DNA of 64,000 nt, from the NCBI RefSeq assembly GCF_009914755.1, contig NC_060941.1; one strand, 5' to 3'. The stretch is from the human T2T-CHM13v2.0 reference genome, Homo sapiens. Shown piece by piece: positions 1-28,261 of the stretch. The position numbers and the translations under genes are program-made. Each line of letters opens with the position of its first letter. Position 1 is the first letter of the stretch. A model generated the notes under the pieces. The model had not been told where the DNA came from. It made no database searches and saw only the letters and a list, made by a program, of their open reading frames with translations.

Positions 1-39
1 AATCCTCTGGCTAAACAGAATGTCTCATCTAATCATTAA

Positions 40-1045
<1,006 letters not shown>

Positions 1046-1109
1046 ATAAATATGACTCTTTTCCATTTCCACTAACATACTCCATCAGCTTGCCTGAAAC
1101 AAAACTGCT

Positions 1110-1320
1110 TCTCATATACTTGCTGTTTTAAGTGCTTCCATATTTCAGTTAGTTTAATCCTCACAATATCTAATGAGTCAAGGACCATTATTATCCCCAT
1201 TTTTCCAGTGAGGAAATTGTGACACAAAGAAGTTTAAAAAAAGAACAAAACTTGCCCAACATCATGATCATGGCAAATGGCACAGCCAAAGTTTGAACCC
1301 AGATAAGCTGGCTCCAGCCT
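1110..1320 (-). mobile_element. MIR element
   Basis: TTTAATCCTCACAA...ATTATCCCCATTTT...GAGGAAA...TTGCCCAA...TTTGAACCCAG, the reverse MIR core. Confidence 0.75.
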
Positions 1321-1761
1321 AGGTCCTCTGTATCTGGCCTCTCCCCTACTTCAATCCACACTACTCAAAGTCATCCTTCTAAAACACAGCTTTGGTATAT
1401 AAAAAGAACATCTTAGAAATTTAATAATTAATGATTATCCTCATTTTGCATCAACTTACCCCTAGACATTCCTAACCTAGGAGTTCACAATGCGACATAT
1501 CAAAAGTAACGTATTTAAATGATTTTAAGCTGGAACAGGAGTAGCAGCACAATGTTATAGGAAAATTGAAGGTTTCTTTACACCACAGTCCATGAGCCAA
1601 AGATATGAAAATTTAAGAAGGCAAAATATAAGAAGGCATAGTCAACCTTATATTGAGAAAAACTCCCATTTATTCCTTTGCTGCTCTGAGCTCAGCTGTT
1701 AGATCAGAATGTGAGACTGAGACAAGGACTCTGGATGGATGGGTATGAGTTGCACTGGTTA

Positions 1762-1911
<150 letters not shown>

Positions 1912-4796
1912 TTAGCCGGGTGTGGGGGTGCATGCCTGTAGTCCCCAGCTACTCAGGAGGCCGAGACAGGATAATTGCTTGAACCAGAGAGGCAGAGGCT
2001 GCAGTGAGCCAAGATCGTGCCACTGCACTCCAGCCTGGGCAACAGAGACTCCGTCTCAAAAAAAAAAAACTGTTTTTGACTATGGCTGATGGTATTTAAG
2101 AACTTACTGACTCTGATGCAAATGTACCTACCACTACCAGAAAAACAACTCAAAGCATATATATGTTCCTTTGCTTGAAGGATGGCATTACTTACTCAAA
2201 ACATGGACCATCACAGTACTAAGAGACAGGGACACTCAATGAATGAATGCTTAAAAGTGATGCTCAGACTGACTCTCGAGGTAATGGCTAAAGCCAGGGC
2301 CCATGAGAAATGTAAATTCATTATTTTGTGGATATCATATGGTTAGCTGTTAACAGAGGTCATTGATGCAACGTTCAAGCTCCAAGGCTGCCACTAATAT
2401 TCATACACCCCAAAAGCTGGCTACTATGGGCAAATTTAAAAAGATATTGGTGCCTTGTTGACTGAAACCCACTATTCCAGGCCTGGAAGAACTGAAATGT
2501 CAGTTGATGAAAAAAATTTTCAGAAGTGTGTCAAATCTGTCCGCATGAATTTCAATACGAAGGCTTTCCAAACTCTGACTAAGAGAGAATTTGTACCACT
2601 TGTTCCTTCTGACTTCAATATCTTGTTCGGTTTGGATACCTTCCAGGCTGGTACAGCTATGTTTGGCACCACAAAGCATGCCAGCCAGCCCTAGCTGTGT
2701 TGCTAATAAGAGGTCAGAACGCATCCCTGGAAATACAGAGACACAATTAAGACTTCAAACAGCTGTTTGTTAAGCCAAGTGTTCTGGCAAAGCTTGAAAA
2801 ATAGAAAACCTTCCCCTCAATCCAGCTCACTTTTTTAGCAGCAAAGTAAACTCAAGAGAGCCATCTGATGCGAAGGGACTCTTCTTCCCAGGAGGACTTC
2901 AGTCCTCTGCAAAGCTGTTCTTTGGCACTTTCCCTAGGGCTATGGGTTGTGTAAACTATGTAAATTAGAACGAATCTTCACAGTTCCTTCAAACTCTCCC
3001 TGTGAGTTTTATTCTTGTTTTTTATACATCCAAAGAATAAAGAACAAATTCAGGTGGGAAAGCCAATGTGTTCGACACCTCCTTTCATAGTTGATCTTTC
3101 TTACCCATGTTTGGACAATCTACTAAAATATAATGCCACCACGATGTTGGATGGAACAAATGTCCAAAAACAAAAACTAGTGGAAACTTGGAATGTTTAT
3201 TGGGCAGTGACTTTAAGAAATAAAAGTGAGGCCAAGTGTGGTGGCCCATGCCTGTAATCCCAGCACTTTGGGAGGCCAAGGTGGGAGGACTGCTTGAGTC
3301 CAGGAGTCCGAGACCAGTCTGGGCAACATGGCAAGACCTAATCAATACAAAAATAAAACATAAAAATAAAAAATAACACTGATTAAGTATTCTTTAGATC
3401 GTAAGCACAGTAAAGTGTAATTATACTTTACAAAGACTCAAGAAAAAAGTAGTTAAGAAATCTAACCAAGGTGCTGGCAAGGAAAATAAAGGAATAAAAA
3501 AAAAAAAATTCAAGGGTTTCTATTTCTGGTCTGTTGCCTAAATAAAGGCAAAAGAGCTGCCGCAACGTAAGAACCAAGCCTGAACTCAGGCAGGACAACA
3601 TTGAGTGACACAAAGAGGATATCAACTATAGACTCAGTTCACACTGAGTAGGATGAACATGGTGTGAATTTCCTCCCTTCTTGCCTCCAACACATTAAAC
3701 TATGTTGCTAGGCAACTGTGCAAGATGCTGATAGAGGAACCTACTGTGAAATGGAGTAACAAAAGCACACTGTGGCAAGAGGTACACAATGGTGCTCGGG
3801 GCAGCAAAGGGGAACCCGAGGGAAAAGAAGAACACCCAGAAAACCTTCTGGAGATTGGGTCTGTTCTAAGCAACGAGAGGTGGCCAAGGCACGTAAATGC
3901 TAAAGGTTACACCACACAAAAGGAACAACATGACTGAAGACCAGAAATACGAGATAGCCCAGTGGTCAGGGAAAACAAGCAACTAACTGAAAATTGACAA
4001 AATTTTGTTTAAATATAGAAAGTAAGATCACCCAACCCATTATTTCTGACATTACTGGCAAAAGCGTTGACCAATGGAACACTGTAGAGCTTTCTGGAGG
4101 AGGATAGTAAATTATGCAAAATTGTGGTGCAAGTTAACACACAGAATTAAAATGAGTATCTACAATAAGAGTAAGACTTTGCCGAAGATTATTTGCGTAA
4201 AACACAGTTCTGAAAAGAAAACACAATAATTATGGTTTTGCTGAATTCAAAGAAATGCTGCCTCTGCTCTCTGGATATGTCTCAGATGCTGCTGTCTGCA
4301 CATTTAGCTCGAGACCACATTACACATCCAATGACACAAGGCACCCAAATTAAAAGAGAAAGCACTAGACTCAAGAACATCTTACAGGCCACCCCCGAGC
4401 AGTGAGCCTAAGAGAACTCTTATTTCCACTAGTGAAGATGCAGAACAAAGTACAACAGGTCCCCAGTATCTATCTGCCTCTGCACAGGCTGGAGGTGGAA
4501 AAGGTGAAGAAGGGGTTTGGGAAATAAAGGTTCACAAGGAAAGGGAACAGTGCAGACAGGGAAGGGACTCATGAGAACGGGAACACCTCATCCCAATTCT
4601 ACTTCTAGTCCACAGCAAAGCAGTTTACTTTCCACTCCCATCCCAATTCTGCCCAAGGGCTTCACCTCCAAAGACCACAATAATCACCAAGAGTTTACAA
4701 TGTGAAGGGAAGACACGATTTCCTAGCATTTCAAAGTGGAGCACAAAATACTTCAAGCACGAAAACAGTGATTCCAGAAACACTGGTGACATTCTA

Positions 4797-4978
4797 CAGC
4801 AGGGTTGTCCAATGATAATTTCTGCATATGTCCTATATCTGTACTGTCCAATACAACAGAGCCATTGGCCACTCACAGCCACTGAAAACTTGAAATATGG
4901 CTGCACTGGTGAATTTTTAGCCTAATATAAATTTAAATAGCCATATAAGCTAGATGCTACAGTACTCAACAGTGCAGC
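4797..4978. mobile_element. MER3-like hAT-Charlie DNA transposon relic
   Basis: TGTCCAAT...CTGTACTGTCCAATAC...TTGAAATATGGCT...AATTTAAATAGCCA...ACAGTGCAG pattern. Confidence 0.7.
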
Positions 4979-5123
4979 TTAGAGTACTATGTAAATATCA
5001 GGCACATGGAAGACAAATACTTTGTGGTCTAAACTTAAAACACTATCAATACGCATTCGATGAGAAATAACATCTTCCACAGAAACACCAATTTATAAGC
5101 TTTTAAAAAATAATTTGTCACTA

Positions 5124-7405
<2,282 letters not shown>

Positions 7406-7604
7406 TGATCTACATAATTCTATCACTATACTTCTTATGCCAATCATCACATCACATTCTATGGCTGATCTTTCATGTTCTCAACTGGATACAAATCCAC
7501 AAAAGCTCACATTATTCTTTCCTGTAATTGCTGATTATGAATTATGATGAATTTCATGGTAGTTAAATCCATTTGAACACAATCTTCAGGAAAAAAAAAA
7601 GAGA

Positions 7605-7802
7605 GAAAGTAATTAACCAATAGATCTAACAACATCTATAGAAGACTCTACCCAACAACAGCAGAATAAAAATCTATCTCAAGCGCACAGGAGAACATTC
7701 TCAGGACAAACCAGATGGTAGGCCATAAAACAAGCCCCAATAAATCTGAAAGTATTAAAATCATACAAAGTATGTTCTACAACTACAATGAAAATAGAAA
7801 TC
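7605..7802 (+). mobile_element. Old L1 fragment (ORF2 endonuclease region)
   Basis: GATCTAACAACATCTATAGAAGACTCTACCCAACAACAGCAGAAT...GGCCATAAAACAAGCCCCAATAAAT...ATCATACAAAGTATGTTCT is typical L1 ORF2 5' sequence. Confidence 0.8.
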
Positions 7803-10610
<2,808 letters not shown>

Positions 10611-11606
10611 CAAACCCAAAAGCAAGTTACACAAGAATAATTTTTCATGTGGTCACCTGAGGATATGCGGGTGAGAGGCATGTCCTTTTTGCCAGGCCTT
10701 TAATATCTAACAGGGAAGGGATGAAGTGAGAGAAAAACATATAGAAATTTCACACATGAACGTACAACACTAACAAACTCATAGCTAAATATGAAAATTA
10801 CTACTAAGAACTTTAAAGGTAACAACTGTTCAGGTGGGTGTAGTTCTAGTACAAGCTTAAACATGGCAGATTGGACAGGCCTCTGAGCAGATACAGTGTG
10901 ACTTTCTCCAAGTTTACGAACAACTACAGTATTAGTTCTTCTGTACTGGTAACCTAAGTATAGAAGGAGACGAACCAATTAATTAAGGGAAGGCTTGTAC
11001 GGTCTACCAGTTCTCACTTCTAGCATTAAATGAGGCCATTAGTTACAAATTCACTGGGATATATGACGTGGACTACTTCAGCACAATGTTTTGGAAAATT
11101 CACACAAATTTCGGTTCACAATCTATTCTGATTAGCTTTAATATGATTTTGAGAAAAGTCTTAATCATTGTATCTTTTCTAAGAGCCTGGCACAGAAATC
11201 CTCTGAGCTACTGCCACTTTCTAAAGAGGTACACTTTAACAGAAATGCCATTCTTCTCTCCAAAGATGAAGTACCTGCTTACTTTCATTATAAAATTTTG
11301 AATATGGTTTCATTGTTATGTTTTATGGTACCCAGGAACTGCAATAAAAGTAACTATGGCTATATGCATTAAACGTTTTTTCTGAAAGGTTATAGAAAAC
11401 CTGAATAGTGATTTTCTTTGGGAAGGTTTGTCATATAAATTTTCTAATGATGAGTGAGACATTTATTTATTTGCTTATTTAATTTCAAAATTGTTATCTG
11501 GGCATCAGGAGGGAATTATGACCTAATTTATTTTATGCTTTTTCTATTAAATGATTCTAATAAAAATTTTAAAAGAATTAAATAAAGAAGACACTTGATT
11601 TCTTAA

Positions 11607-11822
<216 letters not shown>

Positions 11823-13649
11823 TGAACTCCTGAGCTCAAGTGGTCCTCCCACTTCAGCCTCCCAAAGTGCTAGGATTACAGGCCACCACACCTGGTCACT
11901 TGATTTCTTAATGCATGATAGATAGCTAAAAACCCACTATTAATTTCAGATCTTTGTCTTTTAATTATACTTTTCAAAGCCAAGCATTTTATAAAAGTTG
12001 ATACATAATAAATAGAATTTTGACTGGAGCTAAAAATGCAGGAAAGCCAAGGAAGGAGAAATGGAAACATGAACCTCTGGAAAACTGCAATTTGTCTCAT
12101 TAGTAATTTTAATGCAGTGTGGAGACTGACCTAAGTCAAAAGTACGTACATAAGAAAGCATATAACATTACTTTCACATCCCATGTGGGGAAAAGATAAC
12201 TGAGATATAACTAGAAATCTAGATAGCAAGACCAGTTTTAGCGCCAATTTGTTTATTCGTAGAGAAAACAGCTGAACATGTCATGTTTCTAGTTTATCTT
12301 ATTAGATTCTACAAAATTTCTATGTAATAGCCTTATACAGGTGGAAGATGATGTACTGCCTACACCAAGAAGAGTTTTAATAGGAAACAAATTTGCTCCA
12401 TGAAGCTGTGCACAGTGATTTTTTCTTTCCTTATTAGACAGCAAGACGGCCCTAAAATATTTGTTGACCTGCAAACTGACATCTGGAAAACTACTGTAGT
12501 GTTTTTGTTTTTTACTGCTTTTTCTGATTACAAAACTAATAGCTTGTAGTAAAAAAAAAAAAAAACTATTATAGAAATGCACCATATAGAAAGTTAAAGT
12601 TCTCCATAATCCCTACATCCAGAGAAAACCAACTGTTACCCAACATCACACTCTTCTTTTTTCTTTATATTGCAGTATATGTGAGTAAGGATGTTTCATT
12701 AAGTTACAATACTTGTTTCTCAAAAGCTCTCAGCAGAGCCTCCTGGCTTAAAGCTAAACATTTGCAGCATAAACTAAACAAAGACTGGTTTGTCTGTCTT
12801 CCCATCTTGTTCCAAGCATGAGTTAAGATGGATGGTCTTCCTCTAGAAAATATTCATTTAGCTCAAAGACAAATTAAATTATGAATACATGCCATATTTC
12901 TCTATCATAATCACTTATTAATTTAACCTGACAAAGCTATAAAAAAAGGAAATTAACCACTTAAAAAATAGCACAAAATAAAATGTGCGGCGGAAAAACT
13001 GTGTCAAGCATCTTACATGCTGAGGGAAGGATGTTTAATCATCTCAGAAATCTGGTTAACATAGTCCTATAAAACACTGTCAAACTTTGAAATAATGTTC
13101 TATTGTTAAAGGAGACTAGAGAATGAAGCAAACATTAGCTGTGCTATTATTATGTATTCTGGTTAGGGATTATGGGCCATTCTCACTTAAGGTCATCTTA
13201 AGTAGGTAACCATTTGTTCAGCCATTCAGACAATAGGACAATACATATATCAAAACCTCCCTTGAGATTACGAACTAAATTATTAACAGAAACAAGTGAA
13301 ATATACAGCAATAGGGAAATAATTAAGTCAATTACAGAACATTAACTTGATATGTTATACAACCACTGAAAATAATTAGTAAAACTAATATGGAAAATGG
13401 TAACATTTTAAATTCACTACAATTACAGGATTATAAAAATGTATACATAATGACAATGCTTAAGAGAGATCTGAAATAGTAAAAATACTGGAATAGAGGG
13501 ACTTATTGACTTTCCTATCTATTAATGTAAGCTAAAGTAATTTAAATGTTACAGTGAAGTGGAAATACTGCTAATAAAATAATCTATTCTTTTTCCCCAG
13601 CATTCCTTTTCAAACTCCTTTTCATAGTTATGTATGAAAATAAAGATAC

Positions 13650-20945
<7,296 letters not shown>

Positions 20946-21770
20946 TTTTATTTAGATTAGGTAATTTGAACCCCTGAAATGGGACTTGTGCACTGAAACT
21001 CAGGACTTATAACTTGTGAAAACTCTAACCAACCAAACTAGGGATTGGCTCTCCACTGATCTTCTCCATTGAGGATCATAATCAAAGGGCATTCCTTTCT
21101 TAGGAGACTTATTAAAATGCCCCTATCTGACAGGCAGAAATCCCATGATTCTTGCTTTCAGTATCTTTCAAACCACTCCCCTCCTTCATTTCTAGTATCC
21201 CAGGTTGATACAGACACTTGACACACAACCCGATTACTTGCCACCATCCAGGCTTGGGGCCCCAGCCTTGCCCCCTTGCAATTCTTTATACACACACACA
21301 CAATGCTCTTCATCGCTAAAAACCTTCCGAGGCTTCTTAAGGACCAGATCAAACTCTTACTGGGCTTTTCTCACCTCGCTCCAACTCTACCTTATTTTCC
21401 ACTATGTCAGTCTAGATTCTTATTCCAGCCTTCCTATCTCAAACACAACAAGCACAAGTTTCGTCTCCCTTGAAATGTCCTCCTTCTCTTAACCTACACG
21501 TCCTGTTCTCCTTACAAGGTTCAAGTCACAACTCTGCACACACCTGACTGATGTCAGCGCTTGCCAGTTTCATCCTTCCTGAACGACTCTAGCAGTTACA
21601 GTGTGCAACCCGACTCAAGTATACCATCAAATACTACTAAGAATCACTACTACAAATCACTACCAAGAATGATAGTTGTGTGATCTTGGATAGATCATTT
21701 AACCTATATGGGCCACCATTTCCTCATCTGTAAAAGAGTAAGTCTAACTTAAGAAATTTTAAAAGATCTT

Positions 21771-22141
<371 letters not shown>

Positions 22142-23637
22142 TTAATCTCAATTCTCTTACTTGAGATTTTGGAGCTTCTGAAGGGAGAAAGTACATCTTA
22201 TATTTCTCTCCCAACTCTCAAAGCAACTTATCCCAGTATCTGGCTCAAGAGATGCTCAGTCAGTGTGACACTGAAATAGGCCAGGCAGTGCTGAGACAGA
22301 ATGCTTTGAAGATCTCAATGTGAACTCAAGACCTGTTTTTAAAGTAGTTTAAGAAACTGGTAAAGGTAGTTAGTGCCAGAGAGGGTAGAATACACCTAGA
22401 TGATCCAGGCTGGCTCTCCACTAGAGCTGAAGAAAGCAAGAGGCTGGCTCTAGAATGGAATGAGCACAGATCTGAGAGCTCAAAATGGGTCTCTTAATTC
22501 CTATAAGCACAGTTTGAAGTATGTATACATAAGCCCCTAAATGGCAGTTGCAACTCCTAGGTAAGTTTTATGTGCTCTAGTGTAGACTATTTAGGGGTCT
22601 TGTCAGTGGAGAACCTCTGGGACTGTCTCAAGCCTGCCCTACAATGGTGGGAGGAATTCTGATGTATTCCAACCACACCAGGCCTGAAACCTGCAGTGGA
22701 AGGGCAATTCCTTCTATTTTACATCCCAGTGTCCTCTCCCTCCCCGAGCCAAGAAAAACACAAGCTTTTATAAGAGAGAGAAACAAAGGCAGACATATTG
22801 AACCATTCAACTCTATTTTAGGCTTCCAGTAAAATGCTTTTATTTTTTCCTCTTTTTCTCTGGACAGTAACAGGTCAATGTGTAGACAGAAAGTAGGGAA
22901 GGGGTCTGCTGGAGGAGAGGAGTCACCATTTTTAACTAAAAGTTAACCAGGAACTCCAAGACAGGAGAAGATGTGATCCTTCTGAACTATAGACAGAGGA
23001 TGAAGGCTAAGTGCCTATTTCATTATCTTGAAATGAAACTTATTCAATATCCATATGCACGTCTCCTTTATCAAGAGAAGGCATATATATGCCTATTTCA
23101 ATGAAAGTTAAATTGTTCAATGCTATTCCAGCAACTTTTAAAACATGTTTTGGCTTACAACTAATACCCTCAAGACGTCCCAAATCAAAGCAATTCAAAT
23201 GAAGCCAGTTTACTTCTTGAAGAATCAAATGAGGAAAACTCCGTTTTTTTAACTAACAGCTTTTAAGAAAGCATGTTCCTCCTCTTCACCCAGCCATTTC
23301 ACACAGTTATGAGACAAAGGGCAACTACTGTATCGTCACTCTTTTTTTTTTCTTTTGGAGTAAAGCCACAACATTACCAACAAACAGCTAATGGCCACCG
23401 TTCAAAAGCAATAATGGCATTATGACTTCATATCTCAGTTATCTACCAAATTGAAAAGAACCACATATATGTATTTTTCTCTCTCCTCAAAGAAAATCTA
23501 AAAGTGAATGTGAGTATTCTGATTTACTTTCTCCTCCATAATAAAAATTTCTGAGGGACTGTTAAACAGGATCTTCTTCCCTAATAATAGGATGGGAAAG
23601 AAGGTTTTTACACTTGCTCCAGAATTTACTAATTTAA

Positions 23638-24089
<452 letters not shown>

Positions 24090-25689
24090 TTAATGTGCAA
24101 TGGGACAGATTTAGAGAAAAATATGAACCACCAGCCTTCTAGGTTCAAGTTTCTAAGATAAACTTATGAAAAAATCTAAGTTTGTATCAAAAACAAAAAA
24201 TACTAGCCCAAAAGGGCTTTTGTACAGGCTATAGATGTGGGCATTTGAGTAGCCCATCTTATACCATCACAAGTGGGTTATCTACAGAAAACAGTAATCA
24301 CCTACAGAAACATCAAATTACCTCTCCCATACACCAATGAAAACTGAGGAATTTTGTAGTCTAAGTTAACTTTGCCCTGATCTCTAGCTGGGCATATTTT
24401 CTCTAGTTCAAGAAAATAGAAACCTAGTTTCTAGAAAATGGTTCCGTCTGCTTTCTGACAATTTAGTGTTGACTTTGAGAATACCCTCGAAAAGTGTGGT
24501 GTCACAAACACAGCTTTGAAATGAACACACAGACACAAAGTTTTCTTCTCTTTAAAGGGCTCTGCAGCATCATCTTCTATGAGGCTCAACCTACATTTCT
24601 AACATTAAGAAATTACTGGGCAGTTAACTTCAGAGTAGAACTCTACGCCTTGGGCAATGAGGGCAAAATAAAGACTATCAATAAGTCCACATAACTTAAA
24701 AGTAAAAAGACTGCACGTCCTTTTATAAAGAACCATATTTCTACATCTCCACTTGCTTTCTCTTCATAAAATTCTAAGAATTTCATTCAGGGGTAGTAAA
24801 CAAATGAGGTAGCAAATTCCAACAATCAGTCTAAGGCTCAGAAGGAAAAATGTCAAAACTTGAGACACAGGGAACACTCAAACATGAAGCTTCAGCCTTT
24901 CCTCCTTTAAAGTTAACATACTCTTTGATAACACTCATCCTCGTTAAAATAAATTACACATCCAAAAGAGCAAACTGCTACAGTCAATTGGGTAAACAAC
25001 ATAATTAACATGTGCTGGGGGAGAGCGAATCCTCACATAAATAGTGGGGCTCAAAATAAGCTGCACATGGTATAGAAGCTGATTTTTAAACTGTCAGCAG
25101 GTTTCTTTTCGTGCAATTAGAGTTTAATATGGGGTAATTGCTCCTCAAGTTTCTTTTAAGAAAGTCGAAATCTGACTTGTACAATAGCAGGTTGCACCTT
25201 ATTATTTAGAACTCCATTTGTTTTTTCACAAAGAATAAAAATACACTGAAGTTCTTTAATGAGTTTTGGTATGTACTTCTAACAACCTCTCTAAACTGGG
25301 AAAATTAATTTCTAACCTACCAAAATCATATTCCAGAACGCAAAATCCTTTGGCTATACAAAGTAAGACTAACTGAATGCTTTTACATAAATACTTCAGG
25401 TCTGGGTCTTTTTAAAAAATGCTATTTTTAAAATAAAACTCTACAGGGCAAATCAATCTACTCATATACTTCCTTTCTACAATCACATTACTTTGACTTT
25501 ACTTGAAATATTACCAGTATCAACAGACAAATGAGGCATTCACACAAAGGCAGTTAAACACCACACATCACACCAACTCACTTAAGTCATATTTAATATT
25601 CTACTCAGCATCTAAAGCTCTCCAGAACAAATATGATGGTAAATGTTAAAAGTGTACAATGAAAAACACAGCTTCTTTGTGTGTAATCA

Positions 25690-25970
<281 letters not shown>

Positions 25971-26014
25971 CTGAAGCAGGAGAGGGACGATTAAGAGCAG
26001 TGGCCAGGATTGAA

Positions 26015-26225
26015 GGCAACCCCGCCCTGCCAATCGGCCTGCTGTCCCAGCCCCCACGCCCCCTGGCTCGGCCTGGCTCAGCCCTCCTCCCTCCCTTCCA
26101 GGCAACAGCCCCCCCCCGCCGACTTCTTCCTCTTTTCAGCCTCGGCCCCCAGGCGACTGACAGGCCTGCCGGCCAATGGCACAGCTGCCTGAGCTATTCC
26201 TGAACACACTTCCTCTTCCTTCCCG
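26015..26225. promoter_or_regulatory. Candidate internal promoter or enhancer directly 5' of exon 2
   Basis: GC box 26020-26027, CCAAT at 26030-26034 and 26173-26177, PU.1-type AAGAGGAAGTG (minus strand, 26207-26217). GC-rich and repeat-free. Confidence 0.55.
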
Positions 26226-28072
26226 CTGGGTGTGCACTGCGTGCAGGAACCGGCTGGAGTCCCACTCAGTCTCCGCCTTTCCTCCTTTACTCCTCACAGG
26301 CTCTTCTCCAGCACCAAATACGGTCCACTGAAAGGAAGGCCTCACCCTGGGGATGGCACCTGTCTCTTCTCGGTTAAACAGGCCTGTCTCCCTCCCTTCC
26401 CCACCGCCATCCTTTCTGGTCTTCTGAGAATGCTGGCTTCCCTACTGCACAGTCAAGAGCAAGCAAAGCAAAACTCTTTGGTCTCGAGCTGCTGCACTCT
26501 TCTCGAAACTAAACCATGATCTGCTCCCAGGAGAGCAGGAGAAAGTAAATGTAGGAACTGCTTTTTCAATCCATTTACTGCTACAAGCACCGGCGGCTTT
26601 CCCCCTGCACTTCCATGTTGTGATCGGCAAGCTCAGGTAACCAGAGAAAGATCACAGCTCCAAGCTGTGTACCAGTGGAAATGGTGGGGATGACGCTCTT
26701 GCATAAGGCTCCCTTTCCCCGGCAGATCCCCAAGACTCTGGGGTCCCCACCAGGAATGAAATAAATGACCAAGGCTCAGCACTCCAGAAATAGCTCCACA
26801 TTATTTCTAACTAACCTAAGGAGCAGAGCTGAAGTCCTAATCTACACTTGAAAGGAATCCCTTTTTCAGAATCTGAGCTGCCAAGTATCTTGTTTGGGAA
26901 AGAAAGTGCAGGGAGATGGTGCCCGCAGAAGGTCAAAGAGAAGTCTCTCTCACAGTCACCCTGTGCACAGCTTCTTAGAGCAAGCAGAGTATAAAACTGA
27001 TGCAAACTGCATTTTGCAGGTAAAAGATTCTGTGAGAACCCTGAGATACTGTATCAGACGATGAGGAACTGGCAGTAGTACAATGAACGGTGTAGTGAAG
27101 CGTCTCCAGCCATGAATATAGGACACAACCTAGATCTGTGGATAACTAAATAAAAATAAAGCCCCGTTCTGGTTAGCTCGGTCACTGTTTTCATACTTGC
27201 TAAACAAAAGCAGAAAACAACAGAACTGGGACAGATTATTTATAGTGACACCTTTCTTGGATAATTACAACCCAGCAGCTCATTTGAGGGGCACAAGTGA
27301 TTATTATTCCTTTGTTCTAAAGTTGACAATTGGGGCACTAATCAAGCATAGCTGCAAATGGACCAAGTAGTAAAGCAGTGGGGAATATTAAGATTAGACC
27401 AAGATAAGTATTATCAAAAAGAAAATAAATCGTCTGACAATGAGTCCTTCAGTCAAATTCTGAAAGCCAAACATTCTGCTGCAGGTAACTAATAAACCAA
27501 ACCAATGTTTATTCCTTCAGGCCATACCTAAGATATTCCATGTGGCGCTGGCTGTAACAGGGAAAGTAAAGAAAGAGTCCCAGCAAATATTAAAAAATAC
27601 AGAGGTTGATCTGCGAATATTTATACTTGTGTATCCTTAAATGCCCTTCACTTACACTCTCTGTAGTTACTTTGATCAAACTAATCCGTGTACATAATTT
27701 TAAAAGTCAGAGTATTAAAAGGCTTATGAAAAAGAGCAGCTCCCTACCAACACCCACAGGCGATCACTCTCGATTTTGTTTTTTGCTTTCTCTTTGTATT
27801 TACTTATTTTTCTTTTTTTAAATCTTGTGGTCAATGCACAAAATGGATAGAGTATTTCTAAAGAATGTGCTTTTACTGCTTTCTCAGTTTATTCCAGCCA
27901 TTATCTATTGCCTGAAAGGTGAAGATTTAGTTTCCCCCGACCTATACCAGTAATATCACATATTCTGGTTTAATCAGTAGTATGTTATGAAATACTACTC
28001 ACTGATAATTTAAATAATGCACTAAAACCAATCATACTTTTTGTGTTTTTTTTTTTTTCTTTTTTGAGATAG

Positions 28073-28261
<189 letters not shown>

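Noticed and set aside
11876-12100. ATG-initiated 74-aa minus-strand ORF with a hydrophobic, signal-peptide-like start
   Set aside because: Intronic and AT-rich, ends inside an Alu, and has no recognisable homology or promoter. The length is expected by chance.
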